Source of the DNA: an uncultured bacterium
GTDB taxonomy: Bacteria > Planctomycetota > Phycisphaerae > Phycisphaerales > SM1A02
NCBI GenBank assembly: GCA_903911205.1
Contig: CAIWCL010000123.1
Span: 10,819 to 74,818 of the forward strand
Reading direction: 5' to 3'
DNA length: 64,000 nucleotides
In this document: positions 55,250 through 63,163 of the stretch, in pieces
How the letters are laid out: each line of letters begins with the position of its first letter
How positions within the stretch are numbered: position 1 is the first letter of the stretch
Program-made: the position numbers and the translations under genes
The notes under the pieces: model-generated
Told to the model about the DNA's origin: nothing
The model's input: the letters and a program-made list of their open reading frames with translations, nothing else
The model's database searches: none

Positions 55250-58200
55250 TCAGGCCGCGTTGCCAATGGGTTGTGTCGGCACGCCTTCGTAACGCGTCTC
55301 TGGCGGGAGAACTTCGCGCTTCATGACCACGGAGTGTGGTTCCACGATCGCGCCGCGGCCGACGCGTGCGCCGTAAAGAAGCACGGTATTTGCACCGACC
55401 GTTGCGCCATCTTCGATAAAAACGTGATCAACTTTGAGGACGCGATCTTCGAAGGTATGCGCTTGGAAGAGCGCTTGGACTGTGACGTCGTCACCGAAGT
55501 GCAGCATGTCGGGATCGACCACGTGCGAGAAACCGCTTCCCAGAAGGGCACGCTTTCCGATGCGGCATCCCATGAGGCGAAGGAACGCGACGAGGAGCAG
55601 TGTTCCTTCCAGCAAAGCAAGCGGCTTGGAGGCCCACATGCCCCACATGACATAGAGGTAGTCCCATCGACTGCACCAACAACTCCAGAGGCCGTGCGTG
55701 GCGGGCTTGACCCGACCGATCAGGAGCCACTTCAAGAGAAGCACGCTTCCCGCGAGTGTTGCGAATGCTGCGAACAGCACCAGCGGAAGCCACAAGAATC
55801 GGAAGGTCCATGGATTCGCCGTTCGCGCTGCGATTTCAAGGACTCGGTAGACAACCAACGCAACGAACACCGGACCAATTGGCAGGGCGAAGCGCGCGAT
55901 TTCCCACATCCATCGGTTGACACGGCGCACAAGCGCGGGCTCGTGTGTCCATGCACGCGGCATCTCGACGATTTCACGCTTCGGGAGTCGGAAGATCGGA
56001 TGACCGAACCACGACGCGCCCGCTTCATCGGGAAGGCCATCGCCTCGCGTCGAAATACCAACGAGCGTTTCGCGGGCAAGACGCGTGCCTGATGGAAGAA
56101 CCGCATGATTCCCGACGAAACACGACGATTCAAGCCTGACAGGCTCGATCGTTGCGGTTCCCGCGTGCAGTCGCGGGCCACCGAGGTAGATCCCATCGGC
56201 GAAGAATGTCTCGCGTCCGATGTTGACCGTCGATGGAATCACATCGGTCACCGTCGAAATCTCACAACCGCGACCAATGCGTGCGCCTGCGAGGTTGAGC
56301 CACATCGGCCACATGATGGTGCCGGAGAGCCATTTTCCCGCGCCTTCGACAAGCATCGATTGCAGCGACATGCGAAGGCTCGCGATACTCCCGAGCGCAT
56401 AGGCGCCCCGTGGCGGCTTTCCAAGCGCACGAACGAGAAGCGCTTGAAGGAGCACCGTCACGATACCCGCGCAGATCGTCGCGCCCGCAATGCGCCCAAG
56501 CCCACTGGGTGTGGGAAACAGGGCGTCCGCGGATCCGTAGAGGTTTTCATGCACTGTGGATGCGGTCGTCCCGAACGCAGGGAGCAGTCCGAAGAGTGCT
56601 CCTGCGATCGACCATGGCGCGAGAAGGATTCCGACGATCACTGCGAAGAGCGCGAGTCCCACGGCAGCTCGCAGCAGTGGCGAAGGTGGAGCGGCGACTG
56701 CGGGCGGTGATGGCGCGTTGGCGAGTCTTTCCGCGGAAACGCCGTCGAGGAGCGCATGCGCATGTACGACGCCCGGCTGCAGATTTGAGAGCGCGCGAAG
56801 AATGCTGCCTTCACCGAGTTCAGCACCGACAGAAAGCCCGGCGCGCGTCTCGAGTGTCGCGCCCCGGCGCACCGTGACAGGCCCGACAACGATGGCGCCC
56901 GCCTCGAGTTCGAGGGCGCGTAAGCACGCGTCTTGCCCAATGGTTGCATCATCTTCAAGCGTGATGAGATCCCAACCGCCATCGGTGAGGCGTACTCCCC
57001 GATGGATGTGCACATTCCGTCCGATTTGAGCACCAAGAAGACGCAGCGCATGCGGCGCGAGGCCAATCGCTTCAAGCATCTCCCACGGCGCAAGCGATAC
57101 GAGTCGAACCACCATCCAATGTCGGAGGTGCCAGCCCGAAAACGCGCGTACGCGCATCGGTTGGTAGCGGCCGATGAGGATCCACTTCGCCGCGAGTCCG
57201 ATGGCGGTCGTCAGAGCTGTGTAGGCAACGAGTGACGCGCCTACGAGGAGCGCCGCTGCGACGAGAGCCTGCAAACTGTCGAGCGAAGCATGCTCGAGCT
57301 GTTCACCAACGCTCGGAATCCAGAGCAGTTGCGCGATTGCGAGCATCATGCACGCGAGAAAAGCCGTCTGTGCGAAGGTGAAAAGGACGGGGCGAGCGAC
57401 TCCAGTCGTTGGAGAGGCGTGCGTCGTTCCAACGGTGTCTCCGCGAGGCGCGCTCGTACTCGCACTTCGCAAGCGCGCTTCGTCGATCGCTTGCGCGATG
57501 GCGCGCGCTGTTCGGTGTTCGTAGGCGATACGCACGGTGACGGCGCGGGTGAGTGCATCGGTGCGAAGTCGTGAGATCGCGATCGCGATGGTGAGCGAGT
57601 CGAGGCCGAGGTCATCGAAGAGGTCGTCGTCGATCGAAACGAGTTGCGCATCGTTTGGGTGACGCGCGTCGCTTTGGCGAGACTTCGGCGAGTCGGTCCG
57701 CAGATCGGTCCGCTCGCTCGCGCTACTTTCGCGCCCAAGGACTGAGGCGAGTGCCGCCGCCACCACGCGCTCTGTGTCGGTCGTGGGCGCCACAATCGTT
57801 CGCTCGCGACCTTCGCACTGCGCGCGTGACAAAAGCGGGAGGCGCTTCCGGTCGATCTTTCCGCCGACCGAACGTGGTATCGCATCGATCGCGGCGATCG
57901 TCGTTGGCACCATGTAGGTGGGAAGTTCGCCAGCGATCGCTTGGCGCAGCGCATCTCCGTCGATGGTGGCACCCGCGCGTGCAACGACATGGGCAACCAG
58001 ACGCGCGCGGGGCGTATTCGCATCCTCGACCGTCGCGGCTGCTTCTAAGACGGTCGCGTGCGCTGCGAGTATCGCTTCGATTGCGCCGAGTTCGACGCGG
58101 TATCCGCGCAACTTCACCTGCGCATCGATGCGGCCGTGATAGTGGAAGTCTCCGTGAGCATCACGATGGACGAGATCGCCGGTGCGATACACACGCCCAA

Positions 58201-59455
58201 GTGTGGGATGGTCGATGAAGCGTTCTTGCGTCGTGCGAGTTTGCCCGCGATATCCGCGCGCTAGCGACGCGCCGCCGACCACGAGTTCACCGTGCGCGTC
58301 GTGCTCAATGACTGGCAAAGATGCATCATCTGGATCAACAACGGCTGCAAAAGAGCCGGGAATGGCGCGACCGATCGTGACAACTTCACCCGCGCGAACA
58401 GTCGAGCGAAGGCATGTCACCGTGCACTCGGTCGGCCCGTAGCCATTCTCGAGTCGACGTCCGCGCGACCAGAGATCGGCAATGTCCGGGGGTAACGCCT
58501 CGCCGCCGACATAGAGGAGGCGAATGGATGGAAGCACACGTTCGGGGTCGTCGCACGCGAGTGTTCGGAGGAGCGTCGGAGGGGGGCAGAGCACGGTGGC
58601 GCGTTGCTCGATCAGCCATGGAACGAGATCGGGCCCGAGTCGCGCAGTCTCGTCGTCCATCACGACGACGGTTCCGCCGACGGCCCACGCGAGCCACATT
58701 TCTTCGACGCTCGAGTCGTAACTCGCACTCGATCCTTGTACGACGCGATCGGTGGAACACAACGCGAATTCGCGGCAATCTCCCTCGACCAGATTCAGGA
58801 GCGAACGATGTTCAATCTCGACGCCCTTTGGCTTTCCCGTTGTTCCGGACGTGTAGATCACGTAGGCGAGATCGTCGGCTGCGGGGCGCGAACGCGGCGC
58901 GGCGTCTTCGTCGGACGTTCGTACGACTTCTGCATCCAGCGCGTCTCTCGAGAGGATCGGAAGGGCTGAGAGACCCCCGAGATCCTGAGAACCCCCGAAA
59001 TCCTGAGAACCCCCGAAATCCTGAGAACCCCCGAAATCCTGAGAACCCCCGAGATTCGGAAATCCCGCGAGTATGTCGTTGGCTCGAGGAGCGTCCGCGA
59101 TCAGCGTGACAGCACCCGCGTCGGCGAGGATCGCAGCGGCTTGCTTCGCAGGAAACGCCGGATCAATCGCAACATAGGCCGCACCCGCGCGCATCGTGCC
59201 GAGGAGCGCGGCGAAGAGCCATGGATCACGGCGGGAGAGCGCAACCGCGACAACCGCGTCACGTGCGGGTCGCCCCCCGAGCGCGCGTCCGACCAATCGA
59301 GCAGCCACATCGGCACGACGATTGAGTTCGGCGTACGACCACGCTGCAACCCGGGGTATCTCGAGTGCGATGGAATCCGGTGCACGCGCGGTCGCGCGAT
59401 CGAAAATCTCAAGCACCGTTGAAGCGGTGCTCGCGCGCGTTTCGTCGGGACTCAT
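55250..59455 (-). CDS. Pls/PosA-type single-module NRPS-like homopoly(amino acid) synthetase (A-T didomain + three TM-flanked LbH-like tandem domains)
   Basis: Adenylation motifs: LAYVIYTSGTTGKPKG, SYDSSVEEMW, GYGPTECTV, GELVVGGASLARGY, YRTGDLV, GRIDAQVKLRGYRVELGAIE and GGKIDRKRL. Carrier motif FDDLGLDSLTIA. No C, E or TE domain. Three repeats follow, each a hydrophobic helix pair plus a hexapeptide-like module headed by KWILIGRYQP...LRLLGAQIGRNVHI, KWLSGT...LNLAGARIGRGCEI or KWLLIGRVKP...LRLMGCRIGKRALL. Start at MSPDETR (59455), in ATGA overlap with the SET gene stop. Confidence 0.85.
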   Translation of the reverse strand: MSPDETRASTASTVLEIFDRATARAPDSIALEIPRVAAWSYAELNRRADVAARLVGRALGGRPARDAVVAVALSRRDPWLFAALLGTMRAGAAYVAIDPAFPAKQAAAILADAGAVTLIADAPRANDILAGFPNLGGSQDFGGSQDFGGSQDFGGSQDLGGLSALPILSRDALDAEVVRTSDEDAAPRSRPAADDLAYVIYTSGTTGKPKGVEIEHRSLLNLVEGDCREFALCSTDRVVQGSSASYDSSVEEMWLAWAVGGTVVVMDDETARLGPDLVPWLIEQRATVLCPPPTLLRTLACDDPERVLPSIRLLYVGGEALPPDIADLWSRGRRLENGYGPTECTVTCLRSTVRAGEVVTIGRAIPGSFAAVVDPDDASLPVIEHDAHGELVVGGASLARGYRGQTRTTQERFIDHPTLGRVYRTGDLVHRDAHGDFHYHGRIDAQVKLRGYRVELGAIEAILAAHATVLEAAATVEDANTPRARLVAHVVARAGATIDGDALRQAIAGELPTYMVPTTIAAIDAIPRSVGGKIDRKRLPLLSRAQCEGRERTIVAPTTDTERVVAAALASVLGRESSASERTDLRTDSPKSRQSDARHPNDAQLVSIDDDLFDDLGLDSLTIAIAISRLRTDALTRAVTVRIAYEHRTARAIAQAIDEARLRSASTSAPRGDTVGTTHASPTTGVARPVLFTFAQTAFLACMMLAIAQLLWIPSVGEQLEHASLDSLQALVAAALLVGASLVAYTALTTAIGLAAKWILIGRYQPMRVRAFSGWHLRHWMVVRLVSLAPWEMLEAIGLAPHALRLLGAQIGRNVHIHRGVRLTDGGWDLITLEDDATIGQDACLRALELEAGAIVVGPVTVRRGATLETRAGLSVGAELGEGSILRALSNLQPGVVHAHALLDGVSAERLANAPSPPAVAAPPSPLLRAAVGLALFAVIVGILLAPWSIAGALFGLLPAFGTTASTVHENLYGSADALFPTPSGLGRIAGATICAGIVTVLLQALLVRALGKPPRGAYALGSIASLRMSLQSMLVEGAGKWLSGTIMWPMWLNLAGARIGRGCEISTVTDVIPSTVNIGRETFFADGIYLGGPRLHAGTATIEPVRLESSCFVGNHAVLPSGTRLARETLVGISTRGDGLPDEAGASWFGHPIFRLPKREIVEMPRAWTHEPALVRRVNRWMWEIARFALPIGPVFVALVVYRVLEIAARTANPWTFRFLWLPLVLFAAFATLAGSVLLLKWLLIGRVKPATHGLWSCWCSRWDYLYVMWGMWASKPLALLEGTLLLVAFLRLMGCRIGKRALLGSGFSHVVDPDMLHFGDDVTVQALFQAHTFEDRVLKVDHVFIEDGATVGANTVLLYGARVGRGAIVEPHSVVMKREVLPPETRYEGVPTQPIGNAA
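58979..59050 (-). repeat. in-frame 18-bp tandem repeat x4 encoding (GGSQDF)4 inside the adenylation domain
   Basis: gagaacccccgaaatcct units. They translate on the minus strand to GGSQDFGGSQDFGGSQDFGGSQDL, between the A2 region and the A3 motif LAYVIYTSGTTGKPKG. Confidence 0.9.
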
Positions 59456-60240
59456 ACGCGCGAAGGCACGCCACCCGCTGGTTGCTCGACGGTGCTCTTG
59501 GTGAGCGAATCGAGGATGCGCAGGATGTGCGGCGCGAGGTGTGTGCGACGCACCTGCTGCTCGCGCGGCGCGAGGTACAGGAAGCCTTGGACTTGTCCCA
59601 CGCAGCGCGGGCTTCCGCAGCGGCATTGGAACGGTTCAGCCATGTCCGCTTCGGTTGTCGTGTAGTCGAATGTGATTTCCTCGCCAGCGCGGATCGCATT
59701 GCGTGCGTAGAGCGCGTCGCCCTCGATGCGCGCGACGGGATCGCACGAATGGTTGAGGAAACGCCAAGGATGACGCAGGCGCATCTCTTCATCGGGAAGA
59801 TCGCCATCTGCTTCAACGTGGCGACCTGCGTCGATCTGGATCGAGTATCGCGTTGGTTGCTTTTGCACGCGTCCACTGATCGTGAGGATGCGCTCTCCGC
59901 GCGCAAGATCGCGCGTGGCGTACAGCGCGGCTCCCTGCGGGGTATCGCGGACGAGCACGGAGAAGGTCGAGACGATCGGGGTGTTTCTGTTTGTCACGGT
60001 CGGAGTCCGCGAGAGTGGAAACGCGAAGCGTACAACATCCAACGTCTCGTTGGAATAGTTGTGTGGTTGTTCGATGAAGTCTCTTTCGTGTCGGAGTGCT
60101 CGCTCGGCATTCGAGTCATGCGGCATTCGAGTCGGGAATATTCGAGTCGGGGGTATTCGAGCTGGGGGCATTCGAGCAATGCAGCAGTCGAGGAACGTGA
60201 TCGTTGAATCGTTCCACAACTCCATGTCTCGGCAGCACAC
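59452..60240 (-). CDS. SET-domain (lysine methyltransferase fold) protein
   Basis: YATRDLARGERIL, RFLNHSCDPV, EEITFDY, and the post-SET-like cysteine cluster FQCRCGSPRCVG. Start is uncertain (60240, 60225 or 60126) because the 5' end runs through a 15/16-bp repeat block. Confidence 0.8.
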   Translation of the reverse strand: MCCRDMELWNDSTITFLDCCIARMPPARIPPTRIFPTRMPHDSNAERALRHERDFIEQPHNYSNETLDVVRFAFPLSRTPTVTNRNTPIVSTFSVLVRDTPQGAALYATRDLARGERILTISGRVQKQPTRYSIQIDAGRHVEADGDLPDEEMRLRHPWRFLNHSCDPVARIEGDALYARNAIRAGEEITFDYTTTEADMAEPFQCRCGSPRCVGQVQGFLYLAPREQQVRRTHLAPHILRILDSLTKSTVEQPAGGVPSRV

Positions 60241-60288
60241 GGTTGGCCGTCGACGACCGTTCCGCCCCAGCCGTTCAGCCCCAACCGT

Positions 60289-61110
60289 TCAGCCCCGCCG
60301 AACAGCGATCAATTCCAAGACCGTTGGCGTCACGAAGATCGACGCCGGTTGCCGTTCGGCTTCTTCAAGCGCTCGGAGCACCCCTTCGCCCCAAGTCTGG
60401 TCGCGCACGCCCAGATCGACAAGTCTCGGCACATTCGTCCGGACGAACCCGGCAGGCCAACGCCAGAGCCGTTCGTTGGGTCGCGCCGCAAAGCCAATGG
60501 GCCGAGCGGAAACCAGTTCAAATCCCTCCTCGACAAGGATCTGTGGCAATGCGCGGGCGATGTCGGGTTCGCCGCCTTGCGCGCGCCAACTCTCGTAGAC
60601 AGCCTCCACAAACGAGTGAATTTCGACGCGCTGTGGGAGTAGGCCATAGGTCGAGTACGCGTGGTATTCGTGCAGGATCAGGCGGCCGCCTGGTCGAAGT
60701 GCCTCGGCGACCGATCGGACGAGCCGTCGAACATCGGGCACAAAGCAGGCGACCCATCGGCACCACGCGGCATCGAGATGGTGTACGGGAAGGGGGCCGG
60801 CCATGAGATCGGCCTCCATCGGCTTGATCCAGTCGTGTCCAGCGTTTCGTGCGGCTTGGGCGAGGACGTCAAGAAACCGTCGACTCCGTTCGATCGCGTA
60901 CACCTCGCCGGTCGGGCCGACGAGTCGAGCAAGGTCGACGGACGCGAACCCGGGCCCGGCACCGATGTCGGCAACACGGGCGCCGCGTCCGATTCCGGCG
61001 GCATGCCACGCGCGGTGGACTTCCTCTTGCCAAATCGAATGCTGAAAAGCAAGACGTTCGATTTCCGCGTCGTGGGTGCCAAGGACGTAGTCGCGGTCTC
61101 CAGTAGACAT
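60289..61110 (-). CDS. class I SAM-dependent methyltransferase
   Basis: Motif I VADIGAGPGFASVDLA, a post-I acidic residue (YAIERS), and LRPGGRLILHEY. Start at MSTGDRDY (Met 32 of the track ORF). Confidence 0.8.
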   Translation of the reverse strand: MSTGDRDYVLGTHDAEIERLAFQHSIWQEEVHRAWHAAGIGRGARVADIGAGPGFASVDLARLVGPTGEVYAIERSRRFLDVLAQAARNAGHDWIKPMEADLMAGPLPVHHLDAAWCRWVACFVPDVRRLVRSVAEALRPGGRLILHEYHAYSTYGLLPQRVEIHSFVEAVYESWRAQGGEPDIARALPQILVEEGFELVSARPIGFAARPNERLWRWPAGFVRTNVPRLVDLGVRDQTWGEGVLRALEEAERQPASIFVTPTVLELIAVRRG

Positions 61111-61201
61111 GCCTGCGTTGTACCGGACGCGGAGGTCCCCCGTGGAAATCCGGCAATCGGAATCGACAAACCGCCGATGAGGTGCAAACGAATCAGACGC
61201 C

Positions 61202-61993
61202 ATGTCGCCTGCACCAGCCCACTCGCCCGTCCTTCAAGCGCGCCTCGCGATTTCGCTCGCATGGGTGGCGGGTTACACCAACATCATCGCCGTGCTCGTC
61301 TGTGGTCATGTCGCGAGTCATGTCACCGGTCATGCGAGCCAGTTGGGACAGGCGGCCGCCGGTGGCGATTGGAGTCTCGCGCTCTTCGTGGGTGCCATTC
61401 TTGCGGCGTTCTTCTTGGGAGCGGTCCTCTCCGCATGTGCGACGGAGATTGCTCGTTGGCGGGGCGTCCGATCGGTCTACGTTGCTCCAGCGGCGCTTGA
61501 ACTCGCGCTCCTTGGAGTCTTTGCGCAGTTGGTTCGTTTGCACGATCCGACCGAAATCGAATCGGGCGCGATGCTCTGGTGGATGACGATCGTTGCATCG
61601 ATCGCGATGGGGCTACAGAACGCCACCATTACCCGAATCTCTGGCGGCGTGGTTCGAACGACACACCTCACGGGCGTACTCACAGACCTCGGACTTGAGT
61701 CCGTACGCCGCGCGATGGAACGTCTCGCCTTTCGAACCGGAAAGAGTGAACGAGATCCGGAGACGCAAGCGCAATCGGAGGAGTCGGCGCGGTGGAGGCT
61801 TCTCCTCCTTGCATCGATTTTCGGCGCATTCGTTTTTGGATCCGCATGCGGTGTGCTGGCCTTCAACGCCTTCGCTCATTGGAGCATGCTGCCTCCGATG
61901 GCGCTTCTTGGTTGGGTGATCGCGGTCGACATTCGACGTCCGATCGCGACGAACCTCACGGTAGCGTCATCCGAACGCACCACGAGGATGTGA
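61202..61993 (+). CDS. YoaK/DUF1275-family membrane protein
   Basis: Multi-TM protein with GYTNIIAVLVCGHVASHVTGHASQLG and MGLQNATITRISGGVVRTTHLTGVLTDLG, the signature pattern of DUF1275. Divergent from the methyltransferase operon. Confidence 0.75.
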   Translation: MSPAPAHSPVLQARLAISLAWVAGYTNIIAVLVCGHVASHVTGHASQLGQAAAGGDWSLALFVGAILAAFFLGAVLSACATEIARWRGVRSVYVAPAALELALLGVFAQLVRLHDPTEIESGAMLWWMTIVASIAMGLQNATITRISGGVVRTTHLTGVLTDLGLESVRRAMERLAFRTGKSERDPETQAQSEESARWRLLLLASIFGAFVFGSACGVLAFNAFAHWSMLPPMALLGWVIAVDIRRPIATNLTVASSERTTRM

Positions 61994-62110
61994 CCGTTTG
62001 CGACGGGTAGTTCGTCACGAACCGCGCGGCATCGGGGGAGATCCGCAGAAGCATCCACTCAACGAAGCAAGAGGGAGACCCAAGCAGCCTTACAAGTAGG
62101 AGTCCTACGA

Positions 62111-62215
62111 GTAGACCCCTCGAGAGTAGAAGTCTCGAGAGTAGAAGTCTCGAGAGTAGAAGTCTCGAGAGTAGAAGTCTCGAGAGTAGAAGTCTCGAGG
62201 GTAGAAGTCTCGAAG
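62111..62215. repeat. intergenic 15-bp tandem repeat x7 (gtagaagtctcgaga)
   Basis: Units at 62111, 62126, 62141, 62156, 62171, 62186 and 62201. The middle five units (62126-62185) are identical; the first and the last two are variants. Each canonical unit contains the palindrome TCTCGAGA. The block lies between two convergent 3' ends. Confidence 0.95.
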
Positions 62216-62227
62216 CAGGGTCTCAGG

Positions 62228-62533
62228 TTATGACTTCGCGCGAAGCGTCACGCTTCGCGCCGTCCACGCCGAGAGTCCGGCCGCGACGAACGCGACTCCG
62301 GCGCAAGTCAACGCCGCCGCAACCGGACCACTCTCGCTTTCGACGCGCACGAAAATCGCGAGGAGCACGAACGCGGCGCTTGCAATCAAGAGCATCGCCG
62401 TGAAGACAGACAGGGCGAGGCCGCGCAAGAGCGCCCACGCAAACTCCGCGCTCTCCGCGCGGAGCAACCGGCCCTCGGTTTCCGCAAGTTCTGCTGCCAA
62501 TACGAGAAATCGTGCAATCGCCTGCATACTCAC
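62228..62533 (-). CDS. small two-TM membrane protein (YqjE / Phage_holin_3_6-like)
   Basis: 101 aa with an amphipathic N-terminus and two long hydrophobic helices. GTGA overlap with the upstream DUF883 gene stop (an ATG alternative is at 62527). Pairing with a DUF883 gene mirrors E. coli yqjD-yqjE. Confidence 0.55.
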   Translation of the reverse strand: MSMQAIARFLVLAAELAETEGRLLRAESAEFAWALLRGLALSVFTAMLLIASAAFVLLAIFVRVESESGPVAAALTCAGVAFVAAGLSAWTARSVTLRAKS

Positions 62534-62847
62534 TCTTTCCGCCCAGTGCCGAAGCCGCCGAACTTCATACCCAACAGCACTCCCACAGCGAATGCAGATG
62601 CGACGGACATGAATGGATGTTCGGTAATGCGATGCTCCGCGAATTCAGAAGCAACTTTTCCGCGATCGGCAGCGTTTCGCGCCGCTTCATTTACGCCTGC
62701 GCGCGCTGCGCGAACCGTATCGGCACCGAGGCCAGCGATATCGCCGCGCAACTGACGAAGATCTTGCTTGATCCGTTCCAATTCACGGGTGAGATCTGAA
62801 ATGTCATCCACGGTGGCAGTTGATGTGCGGTCGTTGTAACGGTCCAT
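62530..62847 (-). CDS. DUF883 (ElaB/YqjD/YgaM-like) tail-anchored stress protein
   Basis: MDRYNDRTSTATVDDISDLTRELERIKQDLRQLRGDIAGLGADTV...HPFMSVASAFAVGVLLGMKFG. Helical N-terminus plus a C-terminal TM anchor typical of the family. Confidence 0.7.
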   Translation of the reverse strand: MDRYNDRTSTATVDDISDLTRELERIKQDLRQLRGDIAGLGADTVRAARAGVNEAARNAADRGKVASEFAEHRITEHPFMSVASAFAVGVLLGMKFGGFGTGRKE

Positions 62848-63163
62848 AGTTGTTCGATCTCCAGGTTGACGCGGGGACGGCTTATTCCGCCCGGCATCGA
62901 AGTTGCGGGATACAAGCGATCTCAACCCGCGCGATCCACGGGGATGCATGCTCGAATCGTGTTTCGTACGTTGTGCCGTTGGCAACGATGGCAACGACGC
63001 TGCGAAAGGCGCAATCTTCCTACGCGCCGCCGAATCTCGGATGTTGTTTCATCGCTCGCGAGCGCGTCACGCTGCGTGTCGCGCGCCGCGTCACACGTCG
63101 TGTCGCAGAATCCATGCGGCATCGATATTGCGCATGTCGAACGCTCGAAAGCGGGGGTTTGTT

